From contig CAVYGN010000001.1 in assembly GCA_963768055.1 (NCBI GenBank), forward strand, positions 320,001 through 384,000: DNA of 64,000 nt, given 5' to 3'. This DNA is from an uncultured Spirochaetota bacterium (GTDB taxonomy: Bacteria; Spirochaetota; Brevinematia; Brevinematales; JAOACQ01). Positions 48,131 through 58,923 of the stretch are shown piece by piece; positions within the stretch are counted from its first letter, which is position 1, and each line of letters opens with the position of its first letter. Made by a program: the position numbers and the translations under genes. The notes below the pieces were generated by a model that worked only from the letters and a program-made list of their open reading frames with translations, was not told the origin of the DNA and did not search any database.

Positions 48131-48802
48131 TTATTTAACTACTCCTATTGCCATACCATCGTATCCCTTTTCTCCGATCGTCTGAATGACGGCAAAATCC
48201 GCCGCGGTGCATTTTTTAAGGTAATCATTCAGCCTTTGAACGCCCAGGACTTTAGGGTCTTCGGTTTTTTTATTAAGTATTTCCCCTTTACGAATGACAT
48301 TGTCCAATGCAATTACAGTTCCTTTTCTTGAGAGTTTGATCGCCCATTTTAAATATTCTACATAAGGAGGCTTATCAGCGTCGATAAAGATGAAATCGAA
48401 AGGGGCAATATTGCTTTCCAGTATTTCCGGCAAAATTTCCAGCGCTTTTCCGTTTTTCAGGGAAACTGTTTTATCGAGACCGGCTGATTTTATATTTTCT
48501 TTTGCAATAGCCCAATTACCTTTATCATACTCGATCGTTATAAGTATCCCGTCATGGCTTAAAGCCCTTGCCAGCCATATGGTGCTGTATCCGACGAGAG
48601 TCCCGATCTCCAGTATTTTTTTTGCTCCGCATGACCTGGCCAGAACCTGGAGAAATTTGCCCTGAACAGGCGTAATAGCGGCTTCCGGCATCGACGACCT
48701 TTTACAGGAGGCCCTGACAGTTTTCAGGACTTCGTCTTCCTCTCCGGTCCGTTCTTTGATATAATTATCAACTGATTTGAAAAGTTTTTTATTCATTTTC
48801 AT
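48131..48802 (-). CDS. O-methyltransferase (family 3)
   Basis: ILEIGTLVGYST, FDFIFIDADK, DNV. Confidence 0.92.
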   Translation of the reverse strand: MKMNKKLFKSVDNYIKERTGEEDEVLKTVRASCKRSSMPEAAITPVQGKFLQVLARSCGAKKILEIGTLVGYSTIWLARALSHDGILITIEYDKGNWAIAKENIKSAGLDKTVSLKNGKALEILPEILESNIAPFDFIFIDADKPPYVEYLKWAIKLSRKGTVIALDNVIRKGEILNKKTEDPKVLGVQRLNDYLKKCTAADFAVIQTIGEKGYDGMAIGVVK

Positions 48803-48944
48803 ATATAGTTTCCTTTGATTCCATTATTCTAATCCCTTCACAGGGATTTATCAAAATTTCGTCCGGACCGACGCCGCATTAACTGGACAAACATGCCCGG
48901 CCAAATTAGAATATTACAATGTTGCAAGGCAGGTAGATAACTTA

Positions 48945-50252
48945 ATGAGAAACAATATCATCCATCCGGGCGCGGATGAATTGACCTATGAAATAAGGGA
49001 AATCGTTGAAATCGGGAACAGGATCGAAAAAACAGGGGTTGATATATACTGGGAGAATATCGGCGATCCGGTTGCCAAGGGAGAAGAAGTTCCTGTATGG
49101 ATCAAGGAAATAGTAGCGGATCTTGTCAGGAATGAAAATCTCAGCTACTCCTATTCACCGACAAAAGGACTGCTTAAGACGCGGGAATACATAGCTTATG
49201 AAAGAAACCTGGAAGGCGGCGCTCAGATTGACGCCGACGACATACTCTTTTTCAACGGTTTAGGCGACGCGATCTCGAATGTTTACACTTACCTCAATAA
49301 AAATGCCCGGGTAATAGGCCCAAATCCGGCTTATTCGACGCATTCATCCGCGGAAGGGGCTCACGCCGGTTCGCCCCACATTACATACAAACTCGATCCC
49401 GATAATAACTGGTACCCGGATGTCGACGATTTAAGGGCAAAGATTATCAAGTTCCCTGAAATAAGCGGGATCCTGATCGTAAACCCCGACAACCCGACTG
49501 GCATGGTATATTCGAAGGACGTTATCAAAAAGGTCGTAGACATAGCAAGGGAATTCGATCTTTTTATTATTTCGGATGAAATCTATTCCAACCTGTATTA
49601 CGGAGGTTCCGTCCATAACAAGCTGGCTTCTGTAATCGACAAGGTTCCCGGTATCGGCTTGAGGGGAATATCCAAGGAATTTCCCTGGCCGGGTGCCCGC
49701 TGCGGCTGGGCTGAATTTTATAACCGGGATAAGGACGCCGCGTTCGCCAGGTATACCAAAACGATCATCGACGCTAAAATGCTCGAAGTATGCTCCACTA
49801 CCTTGCCGCAGAAAGCCCTCCCTATTGTCATGTCGGATAAAAGGTATTATCCCTATCTTTCCGAGCGCAACGCCCGGTATTGGGAAAAGTCGCAGATGGC
49901 TTACGATATTTTCTCGGAAGTGCCGGGGCTCAAGCTGAATAAAGCGTACGGGGCATTTTACATAACGGTTCTTTTTAAAGATGGTTCTCTTCGCCCCGGT
50001 CAATACCTGAAACCGGCGAATAACGAGGCGGCCGGCATCATAAAGCCTTTTACCGATACGCCTTACCTGGATAAATGTTTCGTTTATTATTTGCTGGCAT
50101 CGAGGGGGATCTGCGTAGTACCTCTCTCGTCCGGATTTAACTCCGATTTGTTCGGGTTCAGAATTACTCTGCTTGAGCCCGATATCGTCAAATTCAAGTC
50201 TGTCATGCTCGAAATCGCCGGCGCCGCAAGGGAATTTATCGATTCAAATTGA
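48945..50252 (+). CDS. PLP-dependent class I/II aminotransferase
   Basis: NIGDP, NPDNPTG, SDEIY, GISKE..WPG.RCGW. Confidence 0.92.
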   Translation: MRNNIIHPGADELTYEIREIVEIGNRIEKTGVDIYWENIGDPVAKGEEVPVWIKEIVADLVRNENLSYSYSPTKGLLKTREYIAYERNLEGGAQIDADDILFFNGLGDAISNVYTYLNKNARVIGPNPAYSTHSSAEGAHAGSPHITYKLDPDNNWYPDVDDLRAKIIKFPEISGILIVNPDNPTGMVYSKDVIKKVVDIAREFDLFIISDEIYSNLYYGGSVHNKLASVIDKVPGIGLRGISKEFPWPGARCGWAEFYNRDKDAAFARYTKTIIDAKMLEVCSTTLPQKALPIVMSDKRYYPYLSERNARYWEKSQMAYDIFSEVPGLKLNKAYGAFYITVLFKDGSLRPGQYLKPANNEAAGIIKPFTDTPYLDKCFVYYLLASRGICVVPLSSGFNSDLFGFRITLLEPDIVKFKSVMLEIAGAAREFIDSN

Positions 50253-50261
50253 TCCTGAAAT

Positions 50262-50819
50262 TCATTCTATGATCGTGTAATATTTCTCGTATTTCCTTGC
50301 AGGCGGCTTCAACTGCAGGTTTTCTTTTTTATATCCGAGGGCCAGGCCGTAGCAGGGCTCGTAGCCTTCGGGTATCGGTATCTTCGCAGCGTTCTCCTTA
50401 GAGTCGAAAAAGTATTTCGCGAAGCCTATCCAGCATGAACCGATATTAAGGCTCTCCGCCGCTATCATCATATTCGCTATGGCGGCGCAGACGTCCGCGA
50501 ACGGCGAGACCGCTTCCGTTTTTCCTGAAACGATGATCACTGTAGGAGCATGGTGGAAAATGTGAAGGTCTTCGTTTTTGCCGGCCTTTTCAATCCAGTC
50601 GATATCCGCGTATCTCATTTCGACTTTGCTGCCCCGGTTGAACGCATCGATCAATTCCCTGTTGCGTATTACGGTAAAATAACAGGACTGCTCGTTGTGC
50701 GCCGAGGGCGCCTGGATTCCGGCCTCGAGAATCGATAGCAGTTCGTCCTCTTTAATTTGTTCGCTCCTGTATTGCCGGACGCTTCTCCTGCCGGCTATGG
50801 TTTGAAGTACTTTATTCAT
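50262..50819 (-). CDS. Nitroreductase family protein
   Basis: RRSVRQY, APSAHNEQ, AESLNIGSCWIG. Confidence 0.92.
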   Translation of the reverse strand: MNKVLQTIAGRRSVRQYRSEQIKEDELLSILEAGIQAPSAHNEQSCYFTVIRNRELIDAFNRGSKVEMRYADIDWIEKAGKNEDLHIFHHAPTVIIVSGKTEAVSPFADVCAAIANMMIAAESLNIGSCWIGFAKYFFDSKENAAKIPIPEGYEPCYGLALGYKKENLQLKPPARKYEKYYTIIE

Positions 50820-50895
50820 CGTACCCCCCTGTTAATATAACTTCAAGTAATTAAATTTAGTAAAAATACTGCAATATTGCAAGGGCGCGCATGGC

Positions 50896-52533
50896 TTATT
50901 CCAGGCTAAGCCTCTCGTGTCCGTGGTACATCCTGTCCCGCAGTTTCCTGACTTCTTCATCCTCCAGGTATTCGTCGAAACGCATTTTCCTGTCTATCAC
51001 GCCGGAGGGGGTGAATTCTATGATCCTGTTTGCTATCGAGTCTATAAACTGGCGGTCATGAGAGGAAAAAAGCACCGCCTCCGGAAAATTGATCAGCCCG
51101 TTATTTAAAGCGGTGATGGATTCCAGGTCCAGGTGGTTCGTAGGTTCGTCAAGCACAAGAACGTTGGCGCCGGCCTGCATCATCCTTGACAGCATGCAGC
51201 GTACCCTTTCGCCTCCGGAGAGCACGCCGACCCTTTTCAACGATTCCTCTCCCGAAAAAAGCATCCTCCCCAAAAAACCCCTGACAGCGGTTTCATCCTT
51301 GTCCTTTGAATACTGCCTGAGCCATGCTATGAGATTGATATCGTCGTTGAAGTAGGGGCTGTTATCTTTGGGAAAATAGGCTTTAGTAATTGTCTCGCCC
51401 CATTTTACCAGTCCCGAGTCCGGCTTTTCCTCTTCCATTATTATCCGGAATAATATTGTTTTGGCAAGGTTGTTATGCCCGACAAAGGCGATCTTATCGC
51501 CCCGGTTTACCGAGAGGTTGAAATCCGAAAGGACCGGCGCGCCTTCGATCGCCTTATCGAGATTCTTGATATCGAGCACTCTTGCCCCGCATTCCCTGTC
51601 GGGCTTGAAAGCTATATAGGGAAAACGCCGCGAGGATTCCGGGATTTCTTCAAGCGTTAATTTTTCGAGGAGCTTTTTCCTCGAAGTTGCCTGTTTCGCC
51701 TTGGAGGCGTTCGCGCTGAACCTGTCGATGAAAGACTTCAGTTCCTTAGCCTGTTCCTCTTTTTTCCTGTTCTCGTCTTTCTTCTGCTTTAAAGCGAGCT
51801 GGCTCGCCTGGGCCCAGAAATCGTAATTGCCCGTATAGACCTGTATCTTGCCGAAATCGATATCGGCTATATGGGTGCAGACCCTGTTGATGAAATGCCT
51901 GTCATGCGACACGACTATAACTGTATTTTTAAAGTCGTAAAGAAAATTCTCAAGCCATGTAATGGATTCTATATCGAGGTGGTTGGTCGGCTCGTCTAGA
52001 AGGAGTATATCCGGGTTTCCGAATAAAGCCTGGGCGAGAAGCACGCGCACCTTGACCCCGCTTTCAAGCTCCTTCATTTTCAAATTATGGAATTCGTTCG
52101 ATATGCCCAGATTGGACAGCAGGCTCGCCGCGTCGGACTCAGCCTCGTAGCCGTTCATCCTGCCGAGCTGCTCTTCAAGATCGGCGGCCCTGTGGCCGTC
52201 CTCTTCTGAAAAGTCTTCCTTTGAATAAAGTTTCTTTCTTTCAATTAAGACATCATGCAGTTTCCGGTGGCCCATAATGACAGTATCGAGCACCTGAAAT
52301 TCGTCGAAAGCGAATTGGTCCTGGGACAACATGGCTATGCGTTCGTGCTTTCCATGGGTAACGGAGCCCTCGTTGGGTTCTGTCTCTCCGGACAGTACCT
52401 TGAGAAAAGTCGATTTTCCCGATCCGTTCGCACCGATCAGGCCGTAGCAGTTGCCGGGGGAGAATTTGATATTTACGTCCTTGAAAAGCAATTTCTTGCC
52501 GTACGACAGCATAAGGCCGCTTACTTCGATCAC
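50896..52533 (-). CDS. ABC-F family ATPase (YbiT/YkpA-like)
   Basis: Two NBDs without TMs; GANGSGKST, DEPTNHLD twice, LSGGE. Confidence 0.92.
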   Translation of the reverse strand: MIEVSGLMLSYGKKLLFKDVNIKFSPGNCYGLIGANGSGKSTFLKVLSGETEPNEGSVTHGKHERIAMLSQDQFAFDEFQVLDTVIMGHRKLHDVLIERKKLYSKEDFSEEDGHRAADLEEQLGRMNGYEAESDAASLLSNLGISNEFHNLKMKELESGVKVRVLLAQALFGNPDILLLDEPTNHLDIESITWLENFLYDFKNTVIVVSHDRHFINRVCTHIADIDFGKIQVYTGNYDFWAQASQLALKQKKDENRKKEEQAKELKSFIDRFSANASKAKQATSRKKLLEKLTLEEIPESSRRFPYIAFKPDRECGARVLDIKNLDKAIEGAPVLSDFNLSVNRGDKIAFVGHNNLAKTILFRIIMEEEKPDSGLVKWGETITKAYFPKDNSPYFNDDINLIAWLRQYSKDKDETAVRGFLGRMLFSGEESLKRVGVLSGGERVRCMLSRMMQAGANVLVLDEPTNHLDLESITALNNGLINFPEAVLFSSHDRQFIDSIANRIIEFTPSGVIDRKMRFDEYLEDEEVRKLRDRMYHGHERLSLE

Positions 52534-52675
52534 TATTTACCTTCCTGATAAAATTATTAGGGAATTTTATAGCATATAAACGCATATTTAGCCAGAAAAC
52601 TGCGGGGAAGGTGAAACTTGACAATCGGATAAATTATTATTAAGATAATATGAAATCATATTTAGGATTATCTTA

Positions 52676-53854
52676 ATGTGGATACCAAGATATCTTGAAA
52701 AAAAGATCGCTGAAGTGGTATTATCAAGGCCGGCAATGTTGCTGACGGGGATTCGCCAGGCCGGCAAAAGCGCCCTGTTGAAAAAAATGTATCCGGAAGC
52801 TTTATATGTTACTCTTGACAGGGTGATGACAGCCGCAAGCTCCGAAGAAAATCCCCATGCTTTTCTCGAACAATTCAAAGAAGAGGCCTGTGTAGTACTT
52901 GATGAAATACAATATGCCCCATCGCTTTTCAGGGAATTGAAAATAAGAATTGATGAAAACAGGGCCATATACGGAAAATGGCTGCTTACAGGCAGCCAGA
53001 AATTCTCCTTGATGAAAAACGCAAGCGAATCTCTTGCCGGCAGGATCAGCATACTGGAATTGGAAACTCTCAGTACTCATGAATTAAGACAAAGCGGATA
53101 TTTTCAGGAACTGGACGATATCCTCTGGAAGGGAGGATTTCCTGAAACATGGGCCGGCCGGAATATTGATACGGCCCTTTTTTTTGAGGATTATATTCAA
53201 ACTTATCTTGAAAAGGATCTCAGGGCCATCCTTCAGGTGACCAGTCTCAGAGATTTTCAGAGATTTATAAGGGCATGCGCCGCGAGGACAGGACAGCTTC
53301 TGAATCTAACCGATATTGCGAAGGACATAGGCGTAAGCTCAAACACTATAAAATCCTGGATAAACTCCCTTGAAACATCGGGGATTATTTTTCTTCTCCA
53401 GCCGTATTCTTCGAATATCGGTAAACGCCTTGTAAAAGCCCCGAAAATATTCTTTTCGGATCAGGGTTTATTGTGCAGCTTATTGAATATACACAGCCTC
53501 AATGATGTGAGAGGTCATATTTATGAAGGACGGATCTGGGAAAATTTTGTATTTACTGAAATTTTGAAGACAGCCGGTATACGTCCTTCGAAAAACCTTT
53601 TCTTTTACCGCGACCAGAACATGGTTGAGATAGATTTCCTTATTGAACTGGACAATAAAATTTTCCTGATCGAAGCGAAATCGGCGGAGATCGTCAGCGG
53701 TTCAAAACTCAATTTCAATAAGATTAAAAATCTCTTCAGGGATGTAAAAACCGAGTGTTTTTTGGCCTCAAGGATAGGAGAAAACGGCCTCCTCGAACTG
53801 AAGGATTACAGAATTTACAATCCTCTGAATTATTCCCCTGAATTCTGTTCTTAG
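52676..53854 (+). CDS. AAA_14 ATPase with a DUF4143-like C-terminus
   Basis: GIRQAGKS, LDEIQ, LTGS, ESLAGR, GGFP, EIDF..E....IEAK. Confidence 0.9.
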   Translation: MWIPRYLEKKIAEVVLSRPAMLLTGIRQAGKSALLKKMYPEALYVTLDRVMTAASSEENPHAFLEQFKEEACVVLDEIQYAPSLFRELKIRIDENRAIYGKWLLTGSQKFSLMKNASESLAGRISILELETLSTHELRQSGYFQELDDILWKGGFPETWAGRNIDTALFFEDYIQTYLEKDLRAILQVTSLRDFQRFIRACAARTGQLLNLTDIAKDIGVSSNTIKSWINSLETSGIIFLLQPYSSNIGKRLVKAPKIFFSDQGLLCSLLNIHSLNDVRGHIYEGRIWENFVFTEILKTAGIRPSKNLFFYRDQNMVEIDFLIELDNKIFLIEAKSAEIVSGSKLNFNKIKNLFRDVKTECFLASRIGENGLLELKDYRIYNPLNYSPEFCS

Positions 53855-53932
53855 CCTTTCTTATTCTTGACAAAAAAGGATTTCATGGTAGAATTTTGTT
53901 ATGACAGTATTATCTATTTAAATTGGAGGGCT

Positions 53933-54542
53933 ATGATGAGGCGTATCGGGATCAGAGATTTTATTTCTATTGGTCGCCGGTATTGTCTGCCCGGGCTTCT
54001 CGGGTTGTTTTGACGGAGTCAGCTTTTACCACGCCGATTATGCGGCCAAAGGCGGCGATCGAGATCGGAAATGTTTACAATTCACGGGAAACCGACTTCG
54101 GGAAATCCGAACCGGCTCCGGTGGGCAATATCAGGAGCAGAGGGCAGCTTAGGCTTACCCGATCCAATATATCTGCAAAAAGGCAAGACCATAACCGGGG
54201 AAGTAAAGAAAACGATAGAACAAGTTCTTACTCAAAGCGGTTTTTCGGTTGTGGAAAACGGCTCGCCGTCTCTTGAAGTTTACTTCAACTGTTTCTGGTG
54301 CGACGGATTCATGGCCGCAAAGGTTGAAGGCACCGTTGAAATCCGGCTGATCGCTTCCGGCAAATCGACCGTCCTTTATAAAAAGGAGGTCGATGAGATT
54401 ACTAGACTTTCAACCTATCATTGGGATATTTATGAAGTAGATTATACTTTCAGCACTAATGAACGATATAGGAAAGGATATCGCGGAAGTTGTCAAATCC
54501 GAGGAATTCCAGGCCGCTTACAAAAAAGCCGGGAAAATTTAA
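53933..54542 (+). pseudogene. Multiply frameshifted lipoprotein gene (YajG-like)
   Basis: GGAGG+ATG and a promoter-like TTGACA-N16-TAGAAT; coherent segments (FSGC lipobox; IGNVYNSRE..VGNIR; GEVKKTIEQVLTQSGF; DIAEVVKSEEFQAAY) lie in different frames. Confidence 0.6.
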
Positions 54543-54579
54543 TTAAACGGAATTAATGCTATCCCCTGGCGGGGTTCTT

Positions 54580-55140
54580 TTACTGAAATAGCATCATTTT
54601 GTCGTCCTTTGTCGTGTTGACGATATCTTCGAATAAAATTGCTGCAAGATATGCGCCGTTATTATTTTGAGTCCAGCTAGTATAAGGGTTTCCTACTACA
54701 TGAAGCTCAGCCTGCCACATTTTTTCTTTAGAATTATTATTAATGATTTCAACATTATAATACGATTCTTTAATCAGGCCGCTCCCTTGAAAAATAATGC
54801 TGTCCCCTTCTTCGATTGTGATTACCGCCGTTGGATTCATATCCGAGATGATTTTTTCGGTATCCGGTTTATCGAATTTATATTTATTCATGACCACGCA
54901 TTTAATATTGATAGATTTGTTTGTAAATTCGTCCCGCATAGCCTCTTCAAAATCATCATAAAATGTAGTATCTTCCCCCGTTGAAAAAAGCGCATGGTTT
55001 TTTCTTAAATGAAAATTGCATAGCATTACCACCGATGAAATTTTTTCATTAGAGTAAACGGGGTTTGCTTTTGAGATCACATCCCGCCCGCAGGAACTTA
55101 TGATTATCAGGCAGGTTAAAACAATCAATATCCTGTACAT
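54580..55140 (-). CDS. Lipoprotein, paralog 3 of a tandem triplet
   Basis: Lipobox ISSC; KANP.Y, FY.DFE, KIISDMNP, MWQA motifs. Confidence 0.8.
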   Translation of the reverse strand: MYRILIVLTCLIIISSCGRDVISKANPVYSNEKISSVVMLCNFHLRKNHALFSTGEDTTFYDDFEEAMRDEFTNKSINIKCVVMNKYKFDKPDTEKIISDMNPTAVITIEEGDSIIFQGSGLIKESYYNVEIINNNSKEKMWQAELHVVGNPYTSWTQNNNGAYLAAILFEDIVNTTKDDKMMLFQ

Positions 55141-55161
55141 ATATCCTCCTTTTGACCGCAT

Positions 55162-55740
55162 TTACTGGAACAGTATCATGCCGTCATTTCTTGTCGAATT
55201 GGAAATGGTTCTGAACAAAACCGATGAGAGCATTCCCCCGTAAAGTAAATACAACCCTCTTATTTCAATCTGAGCCTGCCACATCGGTTCTTTCGATTTA
55301 CTATCGATAATTTCAGTCTTAAAAAGTGAATATAAATTCCAGGGATCCCTCTTTTCGACGGTGCTCTCCTCTTCATCTATATTAATTATCACAGTGGGAT
55401 TCATATCGGAGATGATTTTATCGATATCCGGTTTTTTAAATACATATTTATTCATGACGACGCATTTGCTGTTTATATCTACCTTTGTAAATTCATCCTG
55501 GATGGTGTCTTCAAAATCATTGTAAAAATTGGTATATTCGGAAAATTTATTTATCAGCCGTTTATGAAAATTTCCTATTATGACAACAGATGAAATAGTT
55601 ACATTTGTGTATTCCGGATTCGCCTTTTTGATTTTACATATTCCAAAATATAACGGAAAGGTATTTGTATGTTGACACGTTCCTGTTTCGTAAAAACCGA
55701 TAATAATAAGGAAGGTTAAAACCAATAATCTTTTATACAT
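55162..55740 (-). CDS. Exported protein, paralog 2 of a tandem triplet
   Basis: Same motifs; N-terminus extended and lipobox not canonical. Confidence 0.8.
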   Translation of the reverse strand: MYKRLLVLTFLIIIGFYETGTCQHTNTFPLYFGICKIKKANPEYTNVTISSVVIIGNFHKRLINKFSEYTNFYNDFEDTIQDEFTKVDINSKCVVMNKYVFKKPDIDKIISDMNPTVIINIDEEESTVEKRDPWNLYSLFKTEIIDSKSKEPMWQAQIEIRGLYLLYGGMLSSVLFRTISNSTRNDGMILFQ

Positions 55741-55852
55741 ATTTATACTCCTTATAGAGCAATATATACGTATTTTAAATATCGATTATTTTATCGTCAA
55801 AAAACTGTAATGCGCAGGCAAATTAATAATTGTCCTGCTTTATAATATATAT

Positions 55853-56392
55853 TTACTTGAATAGCATCATCCTGTCTTTTCTCGTCGAGTTGGTGATATT
55901 TTCGAACAAAACTAAAGCCAGCGTTTTGCCGTTATTAAGTTCATTATAAAATATTAATTCGGTCCCATACACGTCGAATTGAGCCTGCCACATTTTTTCT
56001 TTTGAATTACTATTTATGATTGCGATATCATAAAATGATTCTACGACTAAATCCCCTTTCATTATACGATCCCCTTCATCGATAATAATTATAGCCTTAG
56101 GATTCAAATCGGAGATGATTTTATCGAAATCCAGTTTTTCGAAAATATATTTGTTAGTTACTATGCATTTGTTGAAAATATTTATCTTTATGAATTCATC
56201 CTGTAGAGCGTTTTCAAAATCATTGTAAAAATTGGTATTTAAAATCCCGCGTTGTATACTGCATATAATAACCGCCGAATGGATTCTTTCATTGTTATAA
56301 ACCGGATTAGCCTTTGTGGTTATGCCTGTATGTCCCACTCCGCAGTAACTGAAAATGACGAGGCCTGTTAATATTAAAAATATTTTATGCAT
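55853..56392 (-). CDS. Lipoprotein, paralog 1 of a tandem triplet
   Basis: Lipobox FSYC; same motifs. Confidence 0.8.
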   Translation of the reverse strand: MHKIFLILTGLVIFSYCGVGHTGITTKANPVYNNERIHSAVIICSIQRGILNTNFYNDFENALQDEFIKINIFNKCIVTNKYIFEKLDFDKIISDLNPKAIIIIDEGDRIMKGDLVVESFYDIAIINSNSKEKMWQAQFDVYGTELIFYNELNNGKTLALVLFENITNSTRKDRMMLFK

Positions 56393-56423
56393 TTATCCTC
56401 TTCTAAGGCTGCTTATGATCAGA

Positions 56424-56452
56424 ATTATAATTATCTGTCAGTTAATTGTCAA
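56424..56452 (-). promoter_or_regulatory. Sigma70 promoter
   Basis: Exact TTGACA-N17-TATAAT upstream of the paralog triplet. Confidence 0.75.
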
Positions 56453-56578
56453 TGCGAATGTCATTATGTGTGCCATTATTATTCGGGGTTTTGAAACAGG
56501 CCCGGATTTTCGATCCGGCGTCCTTGACAATTGTATAACAAAAGATTATATATAAAGAAAATTCGAGGAGGGTGCCAT

Positions 56579-57274
56579 ATGGAAAGGCCGAAATTGCTTT
56601 CTACAAGCCTGCACGACGAGACCTTCGCCGGGGTTTCCTATCATCTTGACGGGGAGGTGGTTCCCGCGTTAACCGTAGAATTAACGGAAAGCCAATCGGT
56701 TTATTTTGAGCATCATATATTGTTCTGGAAACATCCGAGCATCACAATGAGCATTCGGGCTATGAAAGGCATGATGAAGCGTATGATGGCTGGAATCCAG
56801 ATATTCATTACCGAGGCGAAAGGCCCCGGCCAGATATCTTTCAGCCGGGACGGGCCCGGGCATATCGTCAGCATCCATCTTAAACAGGGCGAGGAACTGC
56901 AGGTGCGCGAGCATCAATTTCTCGCGGCGACGGGAAATATCGACTATACCTTTGAGAGGGTGAAAGGGATCACGAATATGCTCATGGGAGGCACGGGGTT
57001 CTTTATCGATAAGTTCAAAGGCGCAGGCGGGGACGGTATTTTATGGCTTCATGGCTACGGGAATGTTTTTGAAAAAGTCCTGGCGGCGGGGGAGCAGATC
57101 GATGTGGAACCGGGCGGCTGGCTGTATAAAGATCCAGGCGTCAAAATGGATACCAACATGCAGAGAATAGCCTCGGGTTTGATCGCAGGCGTGAATATGA
57201 TCACCAACCGCTTTACAGGCCCCGGGAGGCTGGGACTTCAGTCTATGTATGTACACATACCTACTACTGAATAA
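56579..57274 (+). CDS. AIM24 family protein
   Basis: GPGQISFS...PGHI, GG.GFF..KF.G...LHGYG, FTGPGR..LQS; GAGGAGG RBS. Confidence 0.88.
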   Translation: MERPKLLSTSLHDETFAGVSYHLDGEVVPALTVELTESQSVYFEHHILFWKHPSITMSIRAMKGMMKRMMAGIQIFITEAKGPGQISFSRDGPGHIVSIHLKQGEELQVREHQFLAATGNIDYTFERVKGITNMLMGGTGFFIDKFKGAGGDGILWLHGYGNVFEKVLAAGEQIDVEPGGWLYKDPGVKMDTNMQRIASGLIAGVNMITNRFTGPGRLGLQSMYVHIPTTE

Positions 57275-57280
57275 CCAAAA

Positions 57281-57706
57281 TCAATTTTTTACGGTAAAAT
57301 AATTCGGCTTGCAAACTGAACAGCCGATGATATGCAGGCGCAGTTTTTTTCCCTCTTCCCACATTTTCCCGAGTACGTAGCCTTTCCCGCCAAGTTCGTT
57401 TTTACAGACGGGGCATATTCTTTTTACGGCTTTTCCGGGCGGATAGCAGGAGGGGCAGCCGTATAAAAGGACAAGTTTTTCCCTGCCGAGGGAATAAGCG
57501 GCGGTTTTGACCCTGTCCCCTTCCTTTATCATGGAACCGCAGACAGGGCAGGGGGTTTTTTTAAGGTTGAGTTCGACTGTACCGGTTTTATATTTTTTCA
57601 GGGCGAATAAAACGTTGCTCCTGATTATAAAATAAGCCAGAGCAAACACAATGAGGGAGATTGAAATAGTAGCGGTTAATTCTAAAATATGCCTTTCCTT
57701 TTTCAA
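57281..57706 (-). CDS. Membrane-anchored protein with four CxxC motifs
   Basis: N-terminal TM; CPVC, CPSC, CPVC, CSVC. Confidence 0.75.
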   Translation of the reverse strand: MKKERHILELTATISISLIVFALAYFIIRSNVLFALKKYKTGTVELNLKKTPCPVCGSMIKEGDRVKTAAYSLGREKLVLLYGCPSCYPPGKAVKRICPVCKNELGGKGYVLGKMWEEGKKLRLHIIGCSVCKPNYFTVKN

Positions 57707-57726
57707 ATAAAAAAAACCGATGGCTT

Positions 57727-58830
57727 CTAATCCCGGTTTGTCATCATATCCCTAACAAATCTTCCCGATACTGTTAAATCCCCGTCCGCCCATTGGCCGC
57801 CTGCTCCGGCCCCGTTTCTTAAAAAGGACGTGGTTTCATTGATGTCGGAAAGGGAATAATTACACCAGCTTATCTTCCTGCTGTTAAGGAACCTTACCCA
57901 TGTCCCGGAGCTTTCAAGATCCGACGGACCTGTCGGGTTGCTGCCTGTAGTCCCCCATTCCGTGCAAAATATGGGGATATCGGATAATTCCCTGTCTATC
58001 CTGTTGGTGAAGGATAACGGATGCGTGCCTGAATAAAAATGCAGAGTATACATAATATTGTTATATTTCAAGGGATCCTCAGCAGCCCGGTGAAGATCGA
58101 AACTCCAGAATTCAGTACCTACGATTATTAATGCTCCCGGATCGCCGGCTTTGATTACAGGTATTATATATTCAGCATAAGGTTTTATACTGGCTTCCCA
58201 TCCAGTATGATTTGGTTCATTGCAGATCTCGTAAATTACATGCTTTTTCGCCCCGTATAGAAATGCCATACGCTTGAAGAAATCATGGGCCTCCTGCCTG
58301 TGAAGGTTAGGGTCGCCGTCATACATAATATGCCAGTCGATAATGCAGTATATCCCGCATTTCTCGGTGATATCCACGGCTTTCCTTATAAAGTTTTCAA
58401 GATCAGGGTTTTTTAAATAGCCGGGTTCGAATACCTGTCCCCAATTCCCTCCCACGACCCAGAGAGGTACCCTAAGTACATCCATTTTCCATTTTTTTGA
58501 AAGATAAGAAACAGCTTCATAATTAATATATTTAGCTTCATAGTTAAGCCCCCTTATAAACAAACCCCTCAATTGCACCGGGTTTCCATGTTCGTTGCAA
58601 AGCTGCGTCCTTATAACCTTCAGCTTGCCGTATTTTGCGACAATCGAATCCTGCGGGTATATGCCGGGTATTCCTGAATTTGTAACAGGCAGACTTTCCG
58701 CCGCCTTAGTATTATTGGTTATCGCAGGATGATCAGGTTCGATGAAGAAAGACTCGACATCTATACACGATGTAAAAAAAACTGCTATTAAGGCAGCGAC
58801 AAAAACTCCTGCAAATGGCACAAATTTCAT
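57727..58830 (-). CDS. GH5 endoglucanase lipoprotein
   Basis: Lipobox FTSC; VQLRG, IIDWH, YEICNEP, HFYSGTH, TEWGT. Confidence 0.93.
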   Translation of the reverse strand: MKFVPFAGVFVAALIAVFFTSCIDVESFFIEPDHPAITNNTKAAESLPVTNSGIPGIYPQDSIVAKYGKLKVIRTQLCNEHGNPVQLRGLFIRGLNYEAKYINYEAVSYLSKKWKMDVLRVPLWVVGGNWGQVFEPGYLKNPDLENFIRKAVDITEKCGIYCIIDWHIMYDGDPNLHRQEAHDFFKRMAFLYGAKKHVIYEICNEPNHTGWEASIKPYAEYIIPVIKAGDPGALIIVGTEFWSFDLHRAAEDPLKYNNIMYTLHFYSGTHPLSFTNRIDRELSDIPIFCTEWGTTGSNPTGPSDLESSGTWVRFLNSRKISWCNYSLSDINETTSFLRNGAGAGGQWADGDLTVSGRFVRDMMTNRD

Positions 58831-58923
58831 AAATTTTCCTTAAAATCCTGCTATTAAGTCACCTGTTTGCAATGAAACCGCGGATGATGTTGTAATTTAT
58901 ATTAATTGAATGCTTTAAAAAAC

